Shown one piece after another: positions 25,801 through 36,486 of a stretch of DNA of 64,000 bases. Every line of letters begins with the position of its first letter. Within the stretch, counting starts at the first letter, position 1. Under the pieces are notes generated by a model that had not been told where the DNA came from, ran no database searches, and saw only the letters and a list, made by a program, of their open reading frames with translations. Position numbers and translations under genes: made by a program. This DNA is from Balanoglossus misakiensis (Eukaryota; Animalia; Hemichordata): NCBI GenBank assembly GCA_040954595.2, contig CM082581.2:1294699-1358698 (forward strand). Direction: 5' to 3'.

Positions 25801-28065
25801 TGTATTTATACCATGGGACCTTATGGGATCAGTTGCACCTGTATATATGGATGTCTGTATGGATGTTTGTCTGTATGTCTATCAATATCAAACACTTGGA
25901 AACCACTGGCATGTGACCTTGATATTTAGTGTGGAGATGCAGGCAGGGCATTAAGTGGGAGTTGTCAAAATGAACTTGTCATTGCCAAAATATGCAAATT
26001 AGCTGGGAAAGTGTCAAATTCGTCCAAACTCGGGAACTCGACAACTACTGAGCAAATTGCTTTCAAAATTGAAAATTGGTATTCCTGTAAGTTATGTTAA
26101 CCTCACACAGTTCTATATGTTGTGAGCTAATGTGAATTTTCGATTTTTTATGTATTTTTTGTCTCTTTCCACATTATCGGTAGAAAATCTGCTTTTCTGG
26201 AATTGATCAGCTGACTTATTTGAAATTTAGTATGAAGCTTCATAGGTGATCTGAGTTATCATAGTTTTGTAAGGTCCCATTTGCTTTACCATGGGACCTT
26301 ATGATATCGGTGGATGTATGTATGTATGTCTGTATGTCCGTCCACATCACAAACTTGAAAACCGCTGGGCATATGACCTCGATATTTGGTGTGTAGATGC
26401 AGGCCAGGCTGAAGATTGGAGTTTGTTCAAATGAAGCTGTCATTGCCAAAAATATGCAAATTAGCTAGGAAAATGTGAAATTGGTCAAAACTCAAACTCA
26501 ACAACCACTGGTCACATTCATTTGAAAATCAGTATGCATGTACCTTATGTCTACCTCAAACAGTCCTGTATGTTTTGAGCTAATATTATCGATTTTTAAT
26601 TTTTTATGCCAAAAATCTTTTATGCATTTTTTGTATTATTCCACATTATTGGTAAAGAAATCATCATTTCTTAAAGTTATAGGCCTCATTCTTTGAATTT
26701 TAGTATGAAGCTTCTAATGGTTGTCTGAGTAACCAAAGTTTTGTTCAAATTGTTGAAAAATTTGCATATTTTAATTTTGAGCAATTTTTGCCACTTTTGG
26801 TCATTTTTTTTTCTTTAAAACTGCATGCCAGATTGATTTGGTAGGCATATTCCTAAGGGTAAACTGAGTAAGATGTTGTAAAAATGTTTTAGTATATATT
26901 GTGTTATTGGGGAAGGGGGGGGGGGGGGGTTACTCAAACATTTATAACACCCAGCAACTTTTGGTACTGGCAGGGTTTGTCCTCCAATGATTTCAACATC
27001 CTGCTAGGAATACAACCTCTCCTCAACTTTATAAATATAGGGCATGACATTGCAGGTTTTTTGAGAACACTGTTTAAAATAACCCTCATCAAGCCTGTTA
27101 ACTTATTTAGACAGACTATTATCCAGAATGAAACGAAACATGGATGCAATAAAAAGATCTTGTGCAATAAAAACCAAGTTGATCATAACAATTATTTGCT
27201 AAGTACAACATGTACATCACTAATAGAAGTTATGGCTATAAGCATAAACCTGTTTGTTTTGCTATCTTCACTATTCATATTATCTGACTATATTAATACA
27301 TTTGCAAGCATACTGTTTCAGACATAGCGAATTTGATAAACATCTACAAATATATTTTTACCTGTTGAAGTTATCAAAATCCAGACACTTGACAAAAGGA
27401 CATTTTTCATCCCCTCTATAGATTGATAGTCTAACATAGCAGGCAATCTGTTTTTAACAACTGCAGAAGCCTTCATAAAAAGTTGTTGGCCAGAATGAAA
27501 GCTTAGGGGGACGTAGGATTTCCTACTTTTTAGGTTATTTTTTCTATGGCCCCAAAAAGCTATGACAAAAAATTGATGACCCCCTTGGAATTTATAATTC
27601 CCCCCCCCCCCTATCATACCCTGTCCATATTCTTATAAATGTCAATAAATGCCATACAGTCCTGTATGTTTTGTTTTGAGCTAATATTATGAATTTTCTA
27701 TTTTTATTGTTTTGTCTTTTACTGCATTATTGGTAAAGAAAAATCTTCCTTTCTGAAAGCCATAGTTTTTGTTCAAATTGCAAATTGTTGTGAAATTGGT
27801 ATATTTATAATTTTGAGCAATTTTGTAATTTTTGCTCAGAATGCAGATTCCTAGGGGGGTAACCCAAGTAAGGTGTTGTAAAAGAATTGTTTAAAAAATA
27901 AAAATATATTTGTAGATGGTTATCAAATTCGCTGTGTCTGAAAGCGCTTGTCAGATTGCTTTGAACTTTGACATGAATGTTCCTTGTAGTGATTTAAGTA
28001 AGATGGTGTACAATTATAGTGATTTTTGCATATTTGTGTTTTTGCCACTTTTGAACAAATGTAGT
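22840..28065 (+). repeat. Local segmental duplication, copy 2 (contains mini-exons A' 22887-22961 and B' 24139-24211)
   Basis: Matches 16352-20225; splice signals are retained around both mini-exons. Confidence 0.88.
24643..25208 (+). mobile_element. Truncated PIF/Harbinger-like MITE
   Basis: Near-identical to the left part of 51821-52624, preceded by TTA; the right part is missing. Confidence 0.85.
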
Positions 28066-28345
28066 TTTGTTTAACCCCCATCTTACCCTATCCATATTCA
28101 AATAAATATGAAAAGAAATTTCTCACAGATATTATTTACTTTGATAATACTATCATTTGTGTAACAACTAATCAATCAAACAGTCAATAATCATAAATTG
28201 GGAGTTCAAAAATATCTATAAGGGAGATTTAAAACCCCGTTAGCAACAACTGTTTGCCATGTTTTCAGTATTAATGTTTTGTGTAGCTTCTGCAGTTTTT
28301 AGGTCCCATATGGTATGTACCATGGGCCTTATGGAATCAGTTGCG

Positions 28346-28567
28346 TCTGTATTTATGTATGGATGTACTGTATTTTCGCGAGTTAAATTTTTCGCGATAT
28401 CGAGAGAGGCCACTGTTTCGCGTGTATTAATTTTCGCGTTCTCTTATTTCATTCACTGCATCGTTATCTTCAAAAACAATTTACGCGACTTTTTATTTTC
28501 ACGTTATTTTGGCTCTCGCGTATTTGACGAAAATTAATTGCTCGCGAAAATAAAGTGTTTTACAGTA
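28346..28567. mobile_element. TA-target MITE (Tc1/mariner-like, TACTGT...ACAGTA)
   Basis: Reverse complement of 49653-49863; TTTTCGCG-rich arms; inserted in a (GTAT)n tract. Confidence 0.8.
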
Positions 28568-30258
28568 TGTCTGTCTGTTTGTATGGATGTATGTCTGTAT
28601 GTCCGTCCACATCTAAAACTTGAAAACCGTTGTGCATATCACCTCGATATTTGGTGTGCAGATGCAGGCTGGGCTGTAGATTGGAGTTTGTTAACATGAA
28701 AATGTCATTACCAAATATATGCAAATTAGCTGGAAAATGTGAAATTGGTCAAAACTCGCAAAATTCAACAACTGCTGGTCAGATTGATTTGGAAATTGGT
28801 ATGCAAGTACCTTATGCCTACCTCATACAGTCCTGTATGTTTTGAGCTAATTTTGATTTTCTATTTTTGATGCATTTGTTTGTATTTTTCAACATTATTG
28901 GTAAAAAATCTTCATATGAATCTAAAATTACTGTCGAATCATCCAGTGTGAGTTAGCACTGTAATTAGCAAAAGTTATAAATCCACAGTTACCCAGCAAA
29001 TTTGATATAATGCTTCACATAGGTATTGGTTTTGAACATCCTTCAGAAAGGGTATGAATATTTTAAAATTTTTACTGTTGCAACCCAGACTAGTTTATTT
29101 CTGAATAAACAGAGAAATGACAACCGGATAGATTATTCTTCTGTACTAAAGACATATGCAGACACAAGAAATAGTCTGAACATTTTCAGTACATTACTAA
29201 AACAGTGTCGGTACATTGTACTATAAACTGAGGAAGATTAGTGACTATTGTTTGCCAAAAATGGTCCCAAGTCATTTCTCAAGCATAGCAGAATAGTAGC
29301 TTTGAGTAGCAAAGTGTGATGATTTAAAATGTAAAAAGACAACACCAATCTCTAGCTCTGCTCTCAGCACTGCAAAAGTTATCTGACAGGTAGATAGATG
29401 TTCAGTCATCCTATGTCTGTCAACATTTTTCTTTTCTGAAATCACTGGCGCAAGTGCTTTTAAAATTGGTGTGCAGGTTTCTTGGGGTGGCGAAGTAATG
29501 TGTGTTCAAATTGTGTTGAATTCTGCATATTTGTAGTTTGGAACAAGTTTTTTGCTGTTTTTGGAAGAAAAAAGCTAAGCTCGTAGATTACTTTGACTAT
29601 GCAGGTTTCTAGGTATGACACAAGTTGTTTCTTCAAAATATGGTGAAATTTGCATATTTGGGGGGAAATTTTCTCTGAAATTTAGTATTGATCTCCCTGA
29701 GGTATGTGACATAATCTGTAATTTTGTATTTTGGAGACAGTTGCCTTTTTGTACAAACAAAAAATCTTGTCAGAATATGCATGTCTGATTGCCATGTCCA
29801 CAGGGGTGATCTACTTTTATTTACATTATAACCGAATCTGTAAAGTTTTCATAATGATCTTTAAAATAGGTACGTCTAATTGTTTTGATCTTTGGTATGA
29901 ATTGTCCCTTGGTGATCTTAGTCAATGCTTTTGAAATTCCGCTGAATATTGCATTATTATTTTGTCTAAGTCTGAAGAGTAGTCATCATCTCTGAAACCC
30001 CTTGACCTAAGTCAGGTGTCAAATAGTACAATTTGCAGATTTGTTGCATTGGAGATATTGTTGCAGTTTTTGAAATTCAAGATGGCTGCCAATGTCTGTG
30101 TTAACTCTATGGAAAAACATTTATGTAAATACTTTTCTGAAAACAAGGCGGTGAACATCACATTTTTGTTTACAAACAGTAATAGAAATAGCTATCATTG
30201 TTTCTGAAAATCCTAACTTGTAGGATTCTTTTTCAATCTCTGGCATCAGCAGAGACAA

Positions 30259-30998
30259 TTAAGGTGGCATTGCATGAAAAGTTGTGATTTTTGCCAAATT
30301 TTACTTTTTTACATAAATCGGTAGGCCTAATACTCACCCACATCCTGACTAATACGTCTTGGCGGAAATGGTGCACAATCACCCCCAAATAGCACTTTTC
30401 TGAATGAGTTCACAGCTTAACAAATAGGTGTCAACAATGCAAATGGCCGTTTTTCTCGGTTTGCATTTTCGCTGCTTTTGACAACTTCGGACTAAAATAG
30501 CTTCGCCCTGCATTGGCCGAATTTGCTCAAATTTTGACAGGGAATTGTGTATGACCCATCCAACAAAACGCTAGTTTTGTATGTCGATAAAGTGTCCCTA
30601 GCGGGAATAAACTCTGATTCAATACAACTCACCGTGAATTTGATCAAATTTTCAGAAAATCTAACTTTCAAACGCTGTTACTCCTCAATGGAAGCAGATA
30701 ACGCAAAACAAAATTAGCGTTTTTTTGCACGTGTACTTTAGTTTCGAATGACATATTAAGATGCATGATGCATGGTCAACTTTTTTACCTATTTTAAATT
30801 TCATGACATAATATCAAAAAATGGGTTTTTCGCCCAAAATCGCCACCATTTCCGGGGATCAATAATATTTGCAACTCAAACAAAAGTTCAAAATCTCAGC
30901 TTCCAGAATATATATGGTTTATGGGGGTTTAAACTTTGTCTTTGATGAGAAATAGGCCTCTGAAAAAGTCTCGACGGTTTCATGCAGTGCCACCTTAA
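30259..30998. mobile_element. Kolobok-like non-autonomous element
   Basis: TTAA-GGTGGCATTGCATGAAA ... TTTCATGCAGTGCCACC-TTAA. Confidence 0.85.
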
Positions 30999-31774
30999 AC
31001 AACTCTATAAAAAGTCTTATTGCTTAGTACTGGCACGAGGTGGTAAAAAGATGTGCAGCTTTTGACTTATTACAGGCTTACACTTTGTTAGTAATATGAG
31101 TCCCTATTGGTATTGTGCTGGGTTTTTAGGAGCTTGGGCCCCATTCCCTGGATATTTTTTACACCTTGCTCTGAAAACCTGCCACACCTATGCTTCTTGA
31201 ATTTGTCACAGTTGTCCTTGCCAATGAGTGTGCACCTTGAAATTCAAATCAGTCATTTGACCTGGCAGCCATATTCAGTTGAACTTGTTAAATAAATGCA
31301 AATTAGCTGGGAAAATTTGAAATTGGTCAAAACCACTGGTCAGATTGATTTGACAATTGGTATGCAAGTACCTTATGTCAACCACATACAGTCCTGTATT
31401 TTGAATAGTTTGAATGTTCTATTTTTATGCATTTTTTGCCTTTTTCCTCATTTTTGGTAAAACATCTACTTTTCTAAAATTGATGAGACGACTTCTTTGA
31501 AATTTAGTATGAAGCTTCATATAGGTGATATGAGTTAGCATACTTTTGTTAAAATGTTGCAAAATTTGCATATTCATAATTTTGGAGCAATTTCGGCCGT
31601 TTTTGAATTTTTTTTTTAAACCGGTTGTTACATTGCTTTGAAATTTGTTAGTCATATTAGGGGTAGCCCAAGTAAGATTTGCATGTATGTTTTTCAAATC
31701 AACTTGATGAATTGAATAGTATATTTTTGGGATGATTTTTGCCATTTTCGGTCAAAACTCTTCTCAGAACCCCC

Positions 31775-32391
31775 CACAGTACGTGAAATATCCCATGAAT
31801 CACTCTGGTTTGTACAACCAGAGATTACTCGGTCAAACCAGGCAAAGTTCACATGTGTAGAGAAAATTGTAGACCACTAATACAAATTTTGAGAGCATGC
31901 TTTAAAGGCGAATCTTATTGTCAATTACCATTTCAAATGATAAACAAAATCATGCATTATTGAAAGAGGAGATACAAATTTTATAAAATAAGCAATTGCA
32001 TAGCCAGCCGATACAAAAAAGTTTGAAGTAAAACAGGGACACTTGAAACACTTGTTTAATCAAACAAAACGATATTGATTTTTTTCTATAGACAGAACAA
32101 TGGAAATTTACATGTTAACTTTCAACAGAGACTGGCCACCTCAGTTAGTCATTGCTTCTTTCCTCCTAAGTGTGACATTTGACGTACATGAATGAATACT
32201 TTGATTTCTATGGCTTTTAAATCTTGATTTTGAAATTTTCACTCTAATTCCTCAACATACTTTTTCTAGATAAATCTTAATACAGTTATATGTACTTCAT
32301 ATCATTGTTAGTATCTAAAACAGAAAGTAATTAAATGGACAATCTCGATGATACAAATCATGGAGAGTTGTGGGTAAAATATCGTACTGTG
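31775..32391. mobile_element. Transib-like non-autonomous element
   Basis: Termini CACAGTACG...CGTACTGTG with imperfect ~50-bp TIRs; CCCCC on both sides (31770-31774, 32392-32396). Confidence 0.65.
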
Positions 32392-32825
32392 CCCCCTTTA
32401 CCCCCACTGCTTTGAAATTTGATTTGAAGGTTTCAGGGTTTGTTCTCATGATAATTTACAGATTGATTTGACAATTGGTATGCAAGTACCTTATGTCAAC
32501 CACATACAATCCTGTATTTTTTTAACTAATAGTTTGAATGTTCTATTTTATGCATTTTTTGCCTTTTTCCTCATTTGTGGTAAAAAAATTTAGTATGAAG
32601 CTTCATGTAGGTGATATGAGTTACAATACTTTTGTTGAAATGTTGCAAAATTTGCATATTGATAATTTTGGAGCAATTTCAGCCTTGTTTAATTAATTTT
32701 TTTTCTCTAAAACCGCTTGTTCCATTGCTTTAAAATTTGTTAGTCATGTTAGGGGTAGCTCAAGTAAGATTTGCATGTATGTTTTTCAAATCAACTTGAT
32801 GAATTGAATAGTATATTTTTGGGGG

Positions 32826-33121
32826 ATCAAATCAAATCAAATCAAAACAAACATTTATAAAGCGCCAGAATCAATAACAATGTTATTTCCAAAGGCGCTG
32901 AAAGTATAACATCAGTGTTCGTAGGCTTTGACAAATAGAAATGTCTTGAGTTTTTGTTTGAAAATGTTGAGACTAGAAGCCTGTTGAATGTCAGATGGCA
33001 GAGAATTCCAAAGTTGTGGCGCGACAAGGGAAAAGGCACATCCACCATATGTTTTGAGTCTGTACTTTGGTACACACAACTGGTTCCTTGAGCTGGAGCG
33101 CAGAGCCCGACTAGGCTTATA
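32826..33121 (-). mobile_element. 5'-truncated L2-group LINE 3' end
   Basis: YKPSRALRSS...AFSLVAPQLWNSLP...FKQKLKTFLF; AGCGCC/GGCGCT stem; (TTTGA)n tail at 32826-32845. Confidence 0.9.
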
Positions 33122-33902
33122 TGATTTTTGATTTGATTTGGTTTCAGGGTGATTTCTCATGATGATTTACAAAACCTATGACTGATTACTTTGAAATTTG
33201 AGTAGGAAGTTAATTGGATGTGTTTGTTTAGATAATGGAATCAAATAAAGTTATTCATTCTTCACCTTCATTCTTCACCTCATTTCATTTATTGGCTGGT
33301 TTGTCTATTGTATCAGGGAAGAGTACTTGCCATCCCACCCCACCGATGCAAACTTTGAGTGGCAAAAGTAAAATTTGTCATAACATTGAGTTAATTTGCT
33401 TTTGGGCTCACTAAAATGCAACTTTGAGCTCTGTATTTGTACAAAATTTTCATTAATTGGCTGGTTTGTCTATTGTACCAGGCCAGCATACATAAGATCA
33501 AGATGTTTTCGGGGCTGGGGGGGGGCATCATATTTTATTGCCTCTCTATGTGTGTGTCTGTCTGTCTGTACTCCTGTGTAGACTTTTTCTAGTGTAATCA
33601 CTAAATGAGACCACAGTGTCCTTGACGCTATTTTTTGCGATTTTCAATGACCCTGGGGTAACCTTTGACCAGCTTTCATATATCTTGGTATTCACAGCAC
33701 AATACAGCCTTGGCATACCCTGGTAACCATGGGAACCGTTTGGGCCCAACCAATGGTGCTGGCAGCGTTAATTTTTAAATGATTTCTTCTTGTCGTTTTC
33801 TTTATCAATATGATGACTTGACCTAATCAGATTATTAAAATAATTTCATTCTTTTTTTACATTAGGTTCTTTGGTAACACTGCTGCTGGAGGGAGTGTAA
33901 TA

Positions 33903-34563
33903 TTTGTAACGACGTCGCCACCTAATACTGTACTGGAGGTATGAACTTAAACTTGTAACGACGCCGCCACCTAATACTGTACTGGAGAGATGAAGTTAAT
34001 ACTTGTAACGACGCCGCCACCTAATACTGTACTGGAGAGATGAAGTTAATACTTGTAACGACGCCGCCACCTAATACTGTACTGGAGAGATGAAGTTAAT
34101 ACTTGTAACGACGCCGCCACCTAATACTGTACTGGAGAGATGAAGTTAATACTTGTAACGACGCCGCCACCTAATACTGTACTGGAGAGATGAAGTTAAT
34201 ACTTGTAACGACGCTGCCACCTAATACTGTACTGGAGAGATGAAGTTAATACTTGTAACGACGCCGCCACCTAATACTGTACTGGAGAGATGAAGTTAAT
34301 ACTTGTAACGACGCCGCCACCTAATACTGTACTGGAGGGATGAACTTAAACTTGTAACGACGCCGCCACCTAATACTGTACTGGAGAGATGAAGTTAATA
34401 CTTGTAACGACGCCGCCACCTAATACTGTACTGGAGAGATGAAGTTAATACTTGTAACGCCGCCGCCACCTAATACTGTACTGGAGAGATGAACTTAATA
34501 CTTGTAACGACGCCGCCACCTTATACTGTACTGGAGGGATGAACTTAAACCTGTAACGACGCC
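33903..34563. repeat. 50-bp minisatellite, about 13 copies
   Basis: Unit ACTTGTAACGACGCCGCCACCTAATACTGTACTGGAGAGATGAAGTTAAT, with some 49-bp variants. Confidence 0.95.
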
Positions 34564-34747
34564 AGATGATGCTCCTGTGACCAGAGGGATGAACGACGCC
34601 ATGATTTGTTGATCTGATCTAATTAATAATATTCATTCTTTTTTTTCAATAGGTTCATTGGTATTATCATCGCCGGAGGGAGTCTAATCAATATCTACAA
34701 CAACGCCGCACCAGATAACAATATCAAAACCAGAGGGATGCTGTCAA

Positions 34748-34925
34748 TAGGTTAGGCTAATAAAAATGGTTTAATCTGAGGGAATGGTAAAGGGTTGGTG
34801 TATGAATATGTTAGGGTAATAAAAAATGGTATAATCTAACGGAATGGTGAAGGGTTGGTGTATAAACAGGTTAGGCTAATAAAAATGGTATAATCTAATG
34901 AAATGGTGAAGGGTTGGTGTATGAT
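34748..34925. repeat. ~60-bp tandem repeat, 3 copies
   Basis: GTTAGG.TAATAAAAATGGT.TAATCT....AATGGT.AAGGGTTGGTGTAT occurs three times. Confidence 0.8.
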
Positions 34926-35361
34926 GACTAATAAGACATTGTGCACAAGGGTACTATAATAAAACTGTCTGCAAGGGTATAATATTATGGTTTCAAGGGT
35001 ATGATAAGTAATTAAAATACTATAAAAACATGAGTAATGCCACGTGGTAAATAAAAACTGTACATGTACAGAGGGTAAATACCGGTATAATATATAAAGG
35101 TGTTAACATCAATGGTGTAATAATAAAAAAAATGGGTAACACATGGTTTTGGTGGTATAATAATAATAAAATGGTATTAACTTGATGGTATAAACATTAT
35201 GGGATGTGTATAAACGGTGTTAATATTACAAAGGTATAATGATTAGTTGGGGTGTAATAATAAGAAATTTAAAATCATTGGGTAATTTATTAGTGTCAGG
35301 TTGGGTAAAATAATTGTTGCTATGCATTCGTGTAATAATTGTCTGCGGATTTTTTGCAGCG

Positions 35362-35543
35362 TTACCCGCGTTCGCGTTCTTCATTGCAGGTCGCTCGTCA
35401 TGTAATGGAATTTCGCCGTGTGCCCGTTTGATTCGCCGATGGATTTTTTACAACATTACCCGCGTTCGCGTTCTTCATCGCAGTTGGATCGTCGTGTAAT
35501 GGAATTTCGCCGTGTGCCCGTTTGATTCGCCGATGGATTTTTT
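35362..35543. repeat. ~95-bp direct repeat, 2 copies
   Basis: TTACCCGCGTTCGCGTTCTTCAT...TGTAATGGAATTTCGCCGTGTGCCCGTTTGATTCGCCGATGGATTTTT occurs twice. Confidence 0.85.
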
Positions 35544-36486
35544 GCTTTCGTCATCGTAATTCCCGCATCAACAAGAATCCTCAATCTCGCGTAACAACAA
35601 TACATCAAAATGTACACAGAAAAATAGGAGTCGGCAAGACAATTCTGGTTAGTTTGAGCCCCAACCTTTTAAAATTCACAACGGGGGAGGGGGCAGTTTT
35701 TCCTCATTTTATATTTGGCTCGAGGTTTTTAACTGTCCCCAGGCGCGTAAAGTTAGTTAGTTTATCACACAGTATGTAATTATCTTGCTTGATTTAAAAA
35801 AACACTAAAATTGTATGGGGGAGCTTCTTGCGATTTGCACTTAAGAAACTGATGGTTTGTACCCATAGATAATATTTAGTATTAAGCACATAATTGCCTG
35901 GAAATAAAAATTAACTCAAGGGTAGAATGCAACAGTTAATTTTGTGCAATATCAACAGGAGCTATTTTGGCACATTATTTCAGTTTGATAAACACTGTTT
36001 TTGCTCATTGTTTCATTTCGACCACATTATTTCAGTTTGATAAACACTGTTTTTGCTTATTGTTTCATTTCAACCACTTTTGTCACCTTGTTTTAAATTG
36101 AATGCAAGCATTGTTTCTGTTTGACCACTACTTGGGGTAATTGTTCCAAATTGGTATGCAAGATATTTTACATCAGCAGTTAGCCATCTAGCCACACTTT
36201 AGCTGCACAGCATATGAAAAATAATGAAATTCATGCAAAAAGCAAAAAAGTATTATGGGTATAATGCCATTGCAGCATTGGCGGTTCGACTCCGTCGATA
36301 CTTACTTTGAAGCATAAGTCTTCATTATTTTTCATATGTAATAAATAAAACTCTTCCAAATTCATATCTTTGTTTTAAGTTTGTGCTTTTGCTTCAGTTA
36401 GGGGGCCCACATTTACCAAACCTGTCTTGCCATCTTTTCACATTTCTTCAAATATGCAGCGCCAGCGGTAGGCAGTATTTGATCAA

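Larger units (their letters stand above)
18950..33230 (+). mobile_element. Stack of Helentron/DINE-like elements with degenerate internal repeats
   Basis: Repeated heads AGGTCCCAT...ATGGGACCT plus (GTAT/GTCT)n at about 18950, 19470, 25778, 26272 and 28300. A second head type TTTTTAGCTCACCTG...GTGAGCT lies at 20291. All are in the same orientation. Confidence 0.7.

Noticed and set aside
36211-36338. tRNA-like GGTTCGACTCC inside an inverted repeat
   Set aside because: No cloverleaf can be formed; it is more likely a small degraded MITE.
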